A DNA stretch of 32,000 nt, from positions 5,937 to 37,936 of the forward strand of contig JAJZRU010000028.1 in assembly GCA_021802555.1 (NCBI GenBank), read 5' to 3'. Within the stretch, counting starts at the first letter, position 1; each line of letters starts with the position of its first letter. The stretch comes from Pseudomonadota bacterium (GTDB lineage: Bacteria > Pseudomonadota > Gammaproteobacteria > Burkholderiales > Thiobacillaceae). A program made the position numbers and the translations under genes. This document shows, piece after piece, positions 17,111-26,405 of this stretch. The notes below the pieces were generated by a model. That model searched no databases. It was given only the letters and a program-made list of their open reading frames with translations, and was not told the origin of the DNA.

Positions 17111-17978
17111 CGAAACTCGTCCTCCGGTAGCGCGGATCGTCCAGGACTCTCCTGACGGCCGGACTCAAAAGCGCGGCCAGTTCGTCCTCATGGCGATAGC
17201 CGGGCATGCGCCGCTTGAGCTCGGCGGTGCGCGCCGCCGCGGGATGGAAATAAAGCTCGCTTACGCCGTCGGGCAGACAGCGCAGCAGTTGCAAGAGCCT
17301 TGCCTCATCCCAGGCGCCGCTGTGGGCGAGCCCGAAGAGGTAATCGTTGTGGCCGATGTCGGCACGGCGCAGGCGCCGGCGCAGCAGGGCCAGCCAGGGC
17401 AGCAGGAACGCCGACCAGGCCAGGCGCCCGGCGACGTCTTCTTTCAGGCAGCGCGCGGTCTGCCACGGCTCGTAGGGCAGGCGCACGCAGCGCAGGCCGT
17501 AGGCACGGCCGATGTCCAGGATCAAGGCCAGAACGGTGGGATGCACGTGCATGTGCTTGTGGGCGTTCACGTGATCCAGGACCAGGCCCGTGGCGCGGAA
17601 GGCGTCGAACTGGGCGCGGATTTCCGCCGCCAGTTGGCGGCGCACGCGCGGCAGAAAGAAGAAGCGCACGCCCGGGCCGAATTGGCCGGCGCGGAATTCT
17701 CCCTCGGGGGTCGCCAGGTCGGGGATGGCGCGCGGCGGGAGCACGCAGCGGCCGTCCACCAGGGTGATGTGCAGGCCCACGCGCAGGCCCGGCAGGCGCC
17801 GGGCGCGCGCCACCGCGTCGGCGGCGGCCGGGGCGCCGACCATGAGGCTGGCGCCGGTCAGTATGCCGTCGCGGCAAGCGCGTTCCACCGCCTCGTTGAC
17901 TGCCTCGTCCAGGCCGAAATCGTCGGCGGTGACGATCAGGCGCTTCGCGGCTCCGTGCTTTCCTGAGTTCCCGCTCAA
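17085..17978 (-). CDS. hpnK: HpnK, YdjC-family deacetylase of the hopanoid pathway
   Basis: These are the last 297 codons of tracked ORF 17085..18953. It has the YdjC motif RLIVTADDFGLDEAVNEA and HVNAHKHMHVHP. No ATG or GTG lies in frame before the DD motif, so TTG 17978, which overlaps the hpnJ stop (TTGA), is the likely start. Confidence 0.82.
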   Translation of the reverse strand: MSGNSGKHGAAKRLIVTADDFGLDEAVNEAVERACRDGILTGASLMVGAPAAADAVARARRLPGLRVGLHITLVDGRCVLPPRAIPDLATPEGEFRAGQFGPGVRFFFLPRVRRQLAAEIRAQFDAFRATGLVLDHVNAHKHMHVHPTVLALILDIGRAYGLRCVRLPYEPWQTARCLKEDVAGRLAWSAFLLPWLALLRRRLRRADIGHNDYLFGLAHSGAWDEARLLQLLRCLPDGVSELYFHPAAARTAELKRRMPGYRHEDELAALLSPAVRRVLDDPRYRRTSFGELHLVHA

Positions 17979-19396
17979 TTGTGGCGCTGGCGCAGGAAGC
18001 GCATGAATTCGACGCCTTCGCGCAGGCGCCGCTTCATCATCTGCGTGCTGCGCAGCATTTCGCCGGTGATCTCGGCGATCTTGCCGGCGCGGAAATAAAA
18101 GCGCTTGTAGAAGGTTTCCACGGAATCGAAGATTTCGGTCGCACCCAGATGCGGATAGCTCAGCGGGCTGATCTGTATGCCGCGGTCGTTGACCAGATGA
18201 TCCTGGCTCTCCGTGCTCAGCCAACCCTCTTTTTTGGCCTGTTCGTAGAGATAGGTGCCGGGATAAGGCGCGGCGATGGAGACCTGTATGGTGTGGGGGT
18301 TGATCTCCTTGGCGAAGCGTATGGTTTCCTCGATGGTTTCCTTGGTCTCGCCCGGCAGGCCGAGGATGAAGGTGCCGTGGATGGCGATGCCCAGCTTGTG
18401 GCAGTTGCGCGTGAACTCGCGCGCCTTCTCCACCTTCAGCCCTTTCTTGATGTTGTTGAGGATCTGCTGGTTGCCCGCCTCGTAGCCCACCAGCAGCAGG
18501 CGCAGGCCGTTGTCCTTCAGCACCTTGAGGGTGTCGTAGGGGACGTTGGCCTTGGCGTTGCACGACCAGGTCACGCCCAGCGCGCCCAGTCCGCGCGCAA
18601 TGGCTTCGGCGCGCGGACGGTTGTCGGTGAAAGTGTCGTCGTCGAAAAAGATCTCCTGCACCTGCGGAAAGGTCTGTTGGATGTATTTCACTTCCTCCAG
18701 CACGTGCTCCGGGCTGCGCACGCGGTAGCGATGCCCGCCCACGGTCTGCGGCCACAGGCAGAAGGTGCAGCGCGAATGGCAGCCGCGCCCCGTGTAGAGG
18801 GACACATAGGGGTGCTTGAGATAGCCGATGAAATAGTCCTCCACGCGCAGATCGCGCTGATAGACCTTGGAGACGAAGGGCAGGCTGTCCATGTCCTCGA
18901 TCATGGCGCGCGGCGGCGTGTGCACGATGCGGCCGTCCCCATCGCGGAAGCACAGGCCGTCCACTTCCGCCAGAGGCCGCCCCTCGGCCACCTCCTTGAG
19001 GGTGAAGTCGAACTCCTCGCGCGCCACGAAATCGATGGCCGGCGAGGCCTGCAAAGACGCCTCGGGCTCCACCGCGACCTTGGCGCCCACCATGCCTATC
19101 ATCAGCCCCGGACAGGCTGCCTTGAGGGCCTCAGCCACGCGCACGTCGGAAGGAAAGGACGGCGTGCTGGTGTGGATCACGCACAGCTCGTAGTCGCGCG
19201 CGATGCGCAGCGTTTCCGCCAGGTCGATGCCGGAGGCGGGGGCGTCCACCAGGCGGCTGTCCGGCACCAGCGCCGCCGGCTGAGCGAGCCAGGTGGGGTA
19301 CCAGAAAGAACGAATTTCGCGCTTGGCCTGATAACGCGCGCCGGCCCCGCCGTCAAAGCCATCGAAGGACGGCGCCTGCAAAAAGAGGGTTTTCAT
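17975..19396 (-). CDS. hpnJ: HpnJ, B12-binding-domain radical SAM protein of the hopanoid pathway
   Basis: 473 aa starting MKTLFLQAPSFDG. It has an N-terminal B12-binding-like domain and a radical SAM motif (CHSRCTFC). Its ATG overlaps the hpnI stop (ATGA). Confidence 0.88.
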   Translation of the reverse strand: MKTLFLQAPSFDGFDGGAGARYQAKREIRSFWYPTWLAQPAALVPDSRLVDAPASGIDLAETLRIARDYELCVIHTSTPSFPSDVRVAEALKAACPGLMIGMVGAKVAVEPEASLQASPAIDFVAREEFDFTLKEVAEGRPLAEVDGLCFRDGDGRIVHTPPRAMIEDMDSLPFVSKVYQRDLRVEDYFIGYLKHPYVSLYTGRGCHSRCTFCLWPQTVGGHRYRVRSPEHVLEEVKYIQQTFPQVQEIFFDDDTFTDNRPRAEAIARGLGALGVTWSCNAKANVPYDTLKVLKDNGLRLLLVGYEAGNQQILNNIKKGLKVEKAREFTRNCHKLGIAIHGTFILGLPGETKETIEETIRFAKEINPHTIQVSIAAPYPGTYLYEQAKKEGWLSTESQDHLVNDRGIQISPLSYPHLGATEIFDSVETFYKRFYFRAGKIAEITGEMLRSTQMMKRRLREGVEFMRFLRQRHN

Positions 19397-20526
19397 CGCA
19401 ATGCTCCATGTGTTTTTTCCATCCGCCCATCGGCGCGGACGGAGAAATGCTCCTGCCGCCAATGCACCCGCCTGCCCAAAAGCGCATGCAGCCAGATGGC
19501 CAGGCCGAGGAAATCCGCCGCCAGGAAGGTCCAGTCCCCGGTGCGCGTGGCGCCCCCCCAGGCGCGCTGCGCCGCCAGATGCAGCGCGATCCGCAGGATC
19601 AGTGCCAGGCCGAGGGTGGCCAGGCCCAGGCCGCCCAGCGGCGCTGCCAGCAGAGCCAGGGGCAGGGGGTAAGTCAAAAATGAGAAAGCGTGCCCCAGCG
19701 GCTGCACCGTGCGGATGGTGCGGGACCAGCGCAGGGCGTGGCGGTAGCAGCTCGCCAGGCTGTCCTCGTGCACCCGCGTGTCCACCAGGGGGTGCGACAG
19801 CACGGTGCGCAACCCGAGCGCGCGGACGCGCGCGCCCAGCAGGTAGTCGTCCGCCAGGTGATCGGCCAGGGCGGCAAAACCGCCTATGGCGTCGAGCGTG
19901 GCGCGCCGCAGCGCCAGGGTCGCACCGCCGCAGAAGGTGTTCGGCCCGAGCCATTGCGCCACCAGGACCGACGGCGCGAAGCCCTCGTTGATGTGCTGGG
20001 CCAGCAGGCGCGAGCCTATACCGCGATCGGGCACGCCGCGGTACAAACAGGTCACCACGCCCACGGCAGGGTCTGCCAGCGGCGCCACCACGTCGCGCAG
20101 ATAATCCGGCGCCACGCGCACGTCGGCATCGCTCAACACCAGGATGTCATGCCGGGCGCTGCTCAGCATGTTGTGCAGATTGCCCACCTTGCGGTTCGCG
20201 CCCAGGGTGCGTTCGTCGATCACCAGCTCCAGGTCATGCTCCGGGAATTCTTCCTGCAGGCGGCGCACCACCGCCACGGCGGGATCGCCCGCATGGTGCA
20301 CGCCAAAGACGATCTGCAAGACGGGATAGCGCTGGCACACGAAGCTGCGCAGGTTTTCGTAGAGTTCTGGCTCCTCGCCGTGCAGGGGCTTGAGGAGAGT
20401 GACCGGGGGCGTGTAGGGCATCGTGGTCGCCGGGCGCCGCGGCCAGCGCAAGAGCGCCGCGATGGCCGCACCTTCATACGCCAGCGCCGGCCAAGCCAGC
20501 AGCGGCAACAGCTCGGCGGCGGCCAT
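19393..20526 (-). CDS. hpnI: HpnI, hopanoid-associated family-2 glycosyltransferase
   Basis: About 377 aa with a GT2 core (VTLLKPLHGEEP ... VLSDADV) and TM segments at both ends. ATG 20526 or GTG 20529 overlaps the hpnA stop. Confidence 0.85.
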   Translation of the reverse strand: MAAAELLPLLAWPALAYEGAAIAALLRWPRRPATTMPYTPPVTLLKPLHGEEPELYENLRSFVCQRYPVLQIVFGVHHAGDPAVAVVRRLQEEFPEHDLELVIDERTLGANRKVGNLHNMLSSARHDILVLSDADVRVAPDYLRDVVAPLADPAVGVVTCLYRGVPDRGIGSRLLAQHINEGFAPSVLVAQWLGPNTFCGGATLALRRATLDAIGGFAALADHLADDYLLGARVRALGLRTVLSHPLVDTRVHEDSLASCYRHALRWSRTIRTVQPLGHAFSFLTYPLPLALLAAPLGGLGLATLGLALILRIALHLAAQRAWGGATRTGDWTFLAADFLGLAIWLHALLGRRVHWRQEHFSVRADGRMEKTHGALR

Positions 20527-21536
20527 CACGCCCTTCCTTCCAATGCGCTGCCCAGTGAGATGTCGCGCCGAAACCAGCGCACCGCGTCAACGAAGGCCTC
20601 CTGCGCCGGACGGTGGACGTAGCCCAGTTCGCGCTCCGCCTTGGCGGAGCTGAAATACATTTTCCCGGCGCTCATGCGCAGCTCGTCCAGGGTCACCCGC
20701 GGCAGCCCGCCGCGCAGACGCGCCCAGGCCTCGGCGCCCGCCGCCAGGGGATAGAGCGCGCGACGCGGCAGGCGCAGGCGCGGCGGAGCGCAACCCGCGA
20801 TTTGCGCGATGCGCCCGAGGATCTGCTTGAGCGGCAGATTCTCGCCGCCCAGGATGTAGCGCTCGCCGATCCTGCCGCGCTGGAAGGCCAGCCAGTGGCC
20901 TTGGGCCACGTCGTCCACGTGCACGATGTTCAGGCCGGTATCCACATAGGCCGGCATGCGGCCCGCGGCGGCGTCGCGCACCATGCGCCCGGTGGGCGTC
21001 GGCTTGACGTCTCCCGGGCCTATGGGCGTGGAAGGATTGACGATGACCGCCGGCAGCCCCGCTTCGCGGCACAGCGCGCGCACCGCTTCCTCGGCCAGGA
21101 ACTTGGAACGTTTGTAATGCCCCACCATGTCCGCCAGGCTGGACGGTATTTCCTCGTCGGCCGGCTGGCCGTCGGAGCGCTTCCCCAGCACCGCCACGCT
21201 GCTGGTGTAGACGATGCGCTCCAGTCCCGCGTCCAAGGCCGCACGCATGAGCGCCGCCGTGCCGTCCACGTTGCTGGCATACATGGCCGCGGCATCGGGC
21301 ACCCACAGGCGGTAGTCCGCTGCCACATGGAAAAGAGTCTGGCAGCCGGACACGGCCAGCCGCAGGCTGGATGCATCCCTGAGATCGCCCGTCACGACTT
21401 CGATATCCGTCTGCCGCCAGGCGCTCGTGTCGCTGCCCGGGCGCACCAGGACGCGCAGCTCGATGCCCTGGGCGAGCAGCCGCCGCTGCACCGCCGCGCC
21501 CACGAATCCCGAGGCTCCGGTGAGCAAGGCCTTCAC
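20526..21536 (-). CDS. hpnA: HpnA, hopanoid-associated NAD-dependent sugar epimerase/dehydratase family protein
   Basis: 336 aa with the Rossmann motif LLTGASGFVG and the YxxxK motif (YKRSK) of SDR-type epimerases. The GTG start overlaps the hpnG stop (GTGA). Confidence 0.85.
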   Translation of the reverse strand: MKALLTGASGFVGAAVQRRLLAQGIELRVLVRPGSDTSAWRQTDIEVVTGDLRDASSLRLAVSGCQTLFHVAADYRLWVPDAAAMYASNVDGTAALMRAALDAGLERIVYTSSVAVLGKRSDGQPADEEIPSSLADMVGHYKRSKFLAEEAVRALCREAGLPAVIVNPSTPIGPGDVKPTPTGRMVRDAAAGRMPAYVDTGLNIVHVDDVAQGHWLAFQRGRIGERYILGGENLPLKQILGRIAQIAGCAPPRLRLPRRALYPLAAGAEAWARLRGGLPRVTLDELRMSAGKMYFSSAKAERELGYVHRPAQEAFVDAVRWFRRDISLGSALEGRA

Positions 21537-22234
21537 GTCGCCAGCCCTTCCGCGCCCAGTTGCGCCCAGGCGCGCCTGAGGCTGTTCAGCGCCAGCCGCA
21601 GATCGCCGCCCAGGCGCAGCAAGTCCACGATTTCCCGGGGCCGGTGCAGCAAAGCGCGCAGCAGGGGGGCGGCACGCGGCCGGCCGTAGGCATCGACGCC
21701 GGCTACGGCCGCCTGCGGCAGGGAGGTCGCGGCACCGTCCACCACCGCGCGCAGCACCAGGCCGGGCACGCCCGCCGCAGCGGCCACTTCCAGTACCGCG
21801 CCGCTCTCCATATCGACGGCGTCGGCCCCCGTTTCACGGTGCATCCGCGCCTTGTCCGCGGCCGTGGCGAGCGGCTGGGGCAGGGTCAGCAGCAGTCCCC
21901 CCGAGGGGCGGGGCGAGAGGCGTCGCTCGATGCGCTGTCTCCAGGACAAGTCCACGGCACGATACTCTCCCCGGAAGGCAACGCGCTCGGGCAGCAGCAG
22001 GGTGCCCGGTGCCAGCTCGGGTGCCAGCGCGCCCGCCAGGCCGTAGCTCACCAAGGCGGTGGCTCCGTCCGCCAGCAGGGCACGCGCCGCTGCGGCCGCC
22101 TTTTCCGGCCCCATGCCGCAAAGGCGCAGGGCGAGGGAAGTACCGATTGCCAGGGTTGCGCTCCGGAGCAAGTCACCGCGCGGCAGCAAGGTCCGGGCTT
22201 CGTTTTGCAGGGCCACTACCATACCCACTCTCAC
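21533..22234 (-). CDS. hpnG: HpnG, hopanoid-associated nucleoside phosphorylase family protein
   Basis: 233 aa with a PNP/MTAN-like fold signature (VDMESGAV). GTG 22234 overlaps the shc stop (GTGA); ATG 22222 is an alternative start. Confidence 0.82.
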   Translation of the reverse strand: MRVGMVVALQNEARTLLPRGDLLRSATLAIGTSLALRLCGMGPEKAAAAARALLADGATALVSYGLAGALAPELAPGTLLLPERVAFRGEYRAVDLSWRQRIERRLSPRPSGGLLLTLPQPLATAADKARMHRETGADAVDMESGAVLEVAAAAGVPGLVLRAVVDGAATSLPQAAVAGVDAYGRPRAAPLLRALLHRPREIVDLLRLGGDLRLALNSLRRAWAQLGAEGLAT

Positions 22235-24159
22235 GCGCCGGCCGTTTCCATCATGCGCCGGTAGCGCGCCAGCGCCCAGAGCGGGAAATAGCTGCGATAA
22301 CCGTGGTAGATGAGATAGAACACGCGCGGAAAGCCCGGGGCGTTGAAATAGGGATCGCGCCAGCAGCCGTCCTCCTGATGTTCCATCAGCCAGCTTATGC
22401 CGCGCCGCACCGCCGGATTATGTCCCTGGCCGGCGGCCATCAGGCCCAGGCAGGCCCAGGCCGTGTGCGCGGCGGCGGAAGGCTGGCCGCGGCCGGCGAG
22501 GCCGGGATCGAGATAGCTGTCGTTGGTTTCGCCCCAGCCGCCGTCGGCCTGCTGCACGGACATCAGCCAGGCCGCGGCGCGCTCCATCGCCTCCCGCGGC
22601 CGGGCGTCGCCCAGCAATTCGAGGGCCGTGAGCACCGACCAGGTGCCATAGATGTAATTGGTGCCCCAGCGCCCGAACCAGGCGCCGCTGCTTTCCTGCT
22701 CGCGCAGGAGGAACTGCACGCCGCGCTCCAGCGCCGGGCGATCCTGCGGGCGGCCCAGATGGGCCAGGAAGGCGACCACGCGCGCGGTCACGTCGGCGCT
22801 CGGCGGGTCCAGCAGGGCCTTGTGGTCCGCGAATGGTATCTCGTTGAGGTAATGATGGGTGTTGTCGGCATCGTAGGCGGCGAAGCCGCCGTTTTTGGAC
22901 TGCATGGCCACCAGCCAGTCCGCAGCGCGTTCCAGGGCGGCGCGCTGCCGGGGCCCGGCCACGCGCGCGATGGCCCAGGCCACCGCGGCCGTGTCGTCCA
23001 GGTCGGGGTAATAATCGTTGTGGTATTGGAAGGCCCAGCCGCCGCCGCGCACGCCGCGATGGTTGGCCTGCCAGTCGCCCGCCGCCTCGGTGATCTGGCG
23101 CTGCATGAGCCAGTCCACTGCGCCGTGCATCTGCGGGCCGGGCGTTTCGCTTTCGTGCAGGGCGTGGAGGGCCAGCGCCGTGTCCCAGGTGGGCGAGACG
23201 CAGGGCTGGCAATAGGCGTCCTCGGAGCGTTCTATGACCAGGCGCCGCAGCGCCGCGCCGGCTTGGCGTCGATAGGGGTGGTCCGGCGCGTAGCCCAGCA
23301 GCGCCAGTGCCTGGTAGGCGTTGACCATGGCCGGGAAGATGCCGTTGATGCCGTCTTCGCCGTTCAGGCGCGCGGTGAACCATTGCTCCGCCGCACGGAT
23401 GGCGCGCCGGCGCAGGGCAGCGGGAATCAGCGGCTCGATGCCGCGGCCCAGGCCGTCCAGGAGCAGGAATATCCGGCCCCAAAGTGTCGCGCCGCTGGCG
23501 CGCATGTAGTCCTTGATCTGCTGCGGATCCCCATGGAACAGTTCGCGGATGCCTATGCCGCCGGGATTGGCCGCACGGGCCTTGAGCGTGCACAGCACGA
23601 ACAGGGGCACCATCACCGTGCGCGCCCAGGAAGACACCTTGTAGATGTGGAAGAAGAACCAGCGCGGCAGCAGCATGATTTCCGCGGGTATGAAAGGCAC
23701 CGCGCGCCAGGGCAGTTGGCCGAAGTAGGCGAGCGTGATGCGCGTGAACACATTGCAGCGTTCCGCGCCGCCGCATGCCAGGATCGCCTGGCGGGCGCGG
23801 CGCATGTGCGGCGCCTCCGGGTCGTCGCCCGCCAGCTTGAGCGCGTAGTAGACCTTCACCGCGCAGCTGACGTCGGTCTGCCCGCCCCAGTACAGGGGCC
23901 AGCCGCCGTCGGCGTTCTGGCGCGCGCGGAGGTAGCGCGCCAGCTTGGCCTGCAGCGCGCCGTCGATCTCATCCATGAAATGCATCATCAGGATGTATTC
24001 GGCCGGGATGGTGCAATCGGCCTCGAATTCGAAGCACCAGTGCCCATCGGCACGCTGGCGGCTCAGCAAGGCGGCGCGCGCCTGCGCGATGGCCGCATCC
24101 AGCGGCGCATCCTTGGTTAGCGGCATGCTCAGCGGCCGCTCGGGCATGGCTTCAGGCAT
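22231..24159 (-). CDS. shc: squalene-hopene cyclase
   Basis: Has the catalytic DxDDTA motif (YYPDLDDTAAVAWAI) and multiple QW repeats (for example QADGGWGE, QSKNGGFA, QNADGGWP). The start is ambiguous: 24180 GTG, 24159, 24147 or 24126 ATG. ATG 24159 overlaps the sqs stop by 8 nt. Confidence 0.93.
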   Translation of the reverse strand: MPEAMPERPLSMPLTKDAPLDAAIAQARAALLSRQRADGHWCFEFEADCTIPAEYILMMHFMDEIDGALQAKLARYLRARQNADGGWPLYWGGQTDVSCAVKVYYALKLAGDDPEAPHMRRARQAILACGGAERCNVFTRITLAYFGQLPWRAVPFIPAEIMLLPRWFFFHIYKVSSWARTVMVPLFVLCTLKARAANPGGIGIRELFHGDPQQIKDYMRASGATLWGRIFLLLDGLGRGIEPLIPAALRRRAIRAAEQWFTARLNGEDGINGIFPAMVNAYQALALLGYAPDHPYRRQAGAALRRLVIERSEDAYCQPCVSPTWDTALALHALHESETPGPQMHGAVDWLMQRQITEAAGDWQANHRGVRGGGWAFQYHNDYYPDLDDTAAVAWAIARVAGPRQRAALERAADWLVAMQSKNGGFAAYDADNTHHYLNEIPFADHKALLDPPSADVTARVVAFLAHLGRPQDRPALERGVQFLLREQESSGAWFGRWGTNYIYGTWSVLTALELLGDARPREAMERAAAWLMSVQQADGGWGETNDSYLDPGLAGRGQPSAAAHTAWACLGLMAAGQGHNPAVRRGISWLMEHQEDGCWRDPYFNAPGFPRVFYLIYHGYRSYFPLWALARYRRMMETAGA

Positions 24160-25210
24160 CCGGCGCCGCCGCCCGCGCACAGGCCGCGCGCCGCGCGCCG
24201 CGCGGCAGGCCGATGCCCAGGGCGAAGAACAACTGGCGCAGCAGCCAGTCGCGCTGCGCCGCGAAACGGCTCACGCGTATGGTCGCCGCGACGCTGCGGC
24301 GGGTGATCTTGACCTGCCGGCCTTCGCTGAAATCGAGATGGCGGTGCAGTTTGCGCAAGGTGAGCATGGCCATGCCCGCGGCCCACAGGCAGAAATTGCG
24401 TATGCCTTCTTCCTCGCGCGGAATCAGCAGGGTGTAGTCCAGGGCGTCTTTCAGGCAGGTGCGGGCTTCTGCGATCAGCTTGTCCATGCCCTGGGCGAAG
24501 CCCGGGTTGTCGCGCCCCGGTTCCAGCCGGCTCAGATCACAGCCCTGGGCCAGGAAGACGTCGCGCGGCAGCCAGCAGGCGCCCCGGCGCCGGTCTTCCC
24601 AGACGTCCTTGAGGATGTTGGTCATCTGCAGGCCCTGGCCGAAGGACACGGCGCGGGCCATGAGGGCGTCGCGATTGCGCGCGACGGCCGGGGAATAATC
24701 GCAGAACAATCGGGTGAGCATCTCGCCCACCACGCCGGCCACATAATAGCAGTAGTGCGCATGTTCGGCCAGATCGGCGAGGCCGTCCAGGCTCTTGCGC
24801 TGCTGGAAATCCGCCATGCCGCCCGCCATGATGCGCACGCATTCCGTGATGGCCGCGCGCTGCGCGGGCGCGAAGCCGTGCATGATAGCGATGACCCTGG
24901 GCATGGCGCGCACCAGCGTGTGCTCGTAGGCGGAGGCCGTCGGCGCCAGCGCAGGGATCAGGCTGTCCACCCAGAGCTGGGCATCTTCCGCACCCTCCAC
25001 CGCGCGCACGAAGCGCGCATAGAACTCGCGCTTGCCGGCCACCGGCAGCGCAGTCTCGTCCTCTATGGTGTCGACGATGCGGCACAGCAGGTAGGCGTTG
25101 CCCACCACGCGCACCAGAGAGGCGGGCAGTTGCGGAATGGTGAGCGCGAAGGTGCGCGAAACTCCTTCCAGCAGCACTTCCTGGAAGTGGTCGTCGTCGG
25201 CGGGCTGCAT
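24152..25210 (-). CDS. sqs: squalene synthase (farnesyl-diphosphate farnesyltransferase, single-enzyme SQS type)
   Basis: Belongs to the squalene/phytoene synthase family, with SRTFALTIPQLP and the first Asp-rich motif (VDTIEDE). It also has YCYYVAGVVGEM and a second acidic motif (NILKDVWED). The ATG is at 25210; TTG 25240 is an alternative start with a GGAGGG Shine-Dalgarno 7 nt upstream. Confidence 0.82.
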   Translation of the reverse strand: MQPADDDHFQEVLLEGVSRTFALTIPQLPASLVRVVGNAYLLCRIVDTIEDETALPVAGKREFYARFVRAVEGAEDAQLWVDSLIPALAPTASAYEHTLVRAMPRVIAIMHGFAPAQRAAITECVRIMAGGMADFQQRKSLDGLADLAEHAHYCYYVAGVVGEMLTRLFCDYSPAVARNRDALMARAVSFGQGLQMTNILKDVWEDRRRGACWLPRDVFLAQGCDLSRLEPGRDNPGFAQGMDKLIAEARTCLKDALDYTLLIPREEEGIRNFCLWAAGMAMLTLRKLHRHLDFSEGRQVKITRRSVAATIRVSRFAAQRDWLLRQLFFALGIGLPRGARRAACARAAAPDA

Positions 25211-25290
25211 GAGCTCCGGGTTCGCGTCTTCAGCGGCCAAGGGGTTTTCCCTCCACCGCGATGTACGTCGCCTTGCCAGCTTGTACCATG

Positions 25291-26400
25291 TCAGCGCTGT
25301 TCCGCGCTTTCGCCGCCGGAGGCGATGGGTATGGCTTCGATGCCGCGGTAGCGCATGGTGGGTTCGGCGACCATGGCGCCCGCCGTGCGCGGCCCGCGCC
25401 AGTGGACCCACAAGGCCTTGAGTGGGTGGGCGACGGCGTCGTCCACGGCGCTGCCCTCGTAGCCGCAATGCGCCAGGCAGTTGTTGCAGGCCGGGTGCCG
25501 GCCGGTACCGTAGCGCTCCCAGGCGGTCTCTTCCATGAGGGCGTTAAAGCTCGCGGCATAGCCGCCCTCGGCCATGAGATAGCAGGGGCGCTGCCAGCCG
25601 AAGATGTTGCGCGTGGGGTTGCTCCAGGGCGTGCAGTGGTAGTCCTGGTTGCCGGCGAGAAAGTCCAGGAACAGGCTCGAATGGTTGAGCGGCCAGCGGC
25701 GCGGGCGCTGCGCGCCTCTTTTGAATATCTCGCGGAACAGGCGCTTGCTCTGGCGCCGCTGCAGGAACACGTCCTGGCGCGGCGCGCGTTCGTAATCGTA
25801 ACCCGGCGACACGGTGATGCCTTCCACGTCCAGCCCGCTGCAAAAATCGAAGAACTCGGCGACCTCGTCGGGGTCTTCGCCCTGGAACAGGGTGCAGTTG
25901 ACGTTGACCCGGAAGCCGCGGCGGCGCGCCTCGCGGATGGCGTCGATGGCGGTGTCGAACACGCCTTCGCGGCAGACGGAGGCGTCATGGCGCTCGCGCA
26001 GGCCGTCGAGATGGATGGAGAAAGTGAGATAGGGCGAGGGCCGGTAGTCGGCGAGCTTTTTCTTGAGCAGTATGGCATTGCTGCACAGATAGACGAATTT
26101 CTTGCGCGCCACGATGCCGGCGACGATCGCAGGCATGTCCTTGTGTATGAGTGGCTCGCCGCCGGGGATGGACACCACGGGTGCATCGCATTCGTCCACC
26201 GCGGCCAGGCATTCCTCGATGCTCAGGCGCCGACTCAGGATGTCCTGGGGGTAGTCGATCTTGCCGCAGCCGGCGCAGGCGAGGTTGCACTGGAACAGCG
26301 GCTCCAGCATCAGCACCAGGGGATAGCGCCGCCGGCCGCGCAGCTTCTGCTGCACGATATAGCGGGCGATGCGGTATTGCTGTTTCAGGGGAATGCTCAT
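25291..26400 (-). CDS. hpnH: HpnH, adenosylhopane-forming radical SAM enzyme
   Basis: 369 aa starting MSIPLKQQYRIARYIVQQKL, with a radical SAM motif (CNLACAGC). The upstream part of tracked ORF 25291..26781 overlaps ispH and is not coding. Confidence 0.88.
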   Translation of the reverse strand: MSIPLKQQYRIARYIVQQKLRGRRRYPLVLMLEPLFQCNLACAGCGKIDYPQDILSRRLSIEECLAAVDECDAPVVSIPGGEPLIHKDMPAIVAGIVARKKFVYLCSNAILLKKKLADYRPSPYLTFSIHLDGLRERHDASVCREGVFDTAIDAIREARRRGFRVNVNCTLFQGEDPDEVAEFFDFCSGLDVEGITVSPGYDYERAPRQDVFLQRRQSKRLFREIFKRGAQRPRRWPLNHSSLFLDFLAGNQDYHCTPWSNPTRNIFGWQRPCYLMAEGGYAASFNALMEETAWERYGTGRHPACNNCLAHCGYEGSAVDDAVAHPLKALWVHWRGPRTAGAMVAEPTMRYRGIEAIPIASGGESAEQR

Positions 26401-26405
26401 GGGGG

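Noticed and set aside
17085-18953. 622-aa ORF extending the hpnK frame through the 3' half of hpnJ
   Set aside because: The same high-GC shadow-frame effect applies. YdjC-like sequence starts only at about 17978, and the upstream part is Arg/Pro-rich and overlaps the clearly coding hpnJ frame.
22009-24120. 703-aa plus-strand ORF antisense to shc
   Set aside because: It has a junk-like Ala/Arg/Gly-rich composition with no recognisable motifs. The opposite strand carries DxDDTA and the QW repeats of squalene-hopene cyclase.
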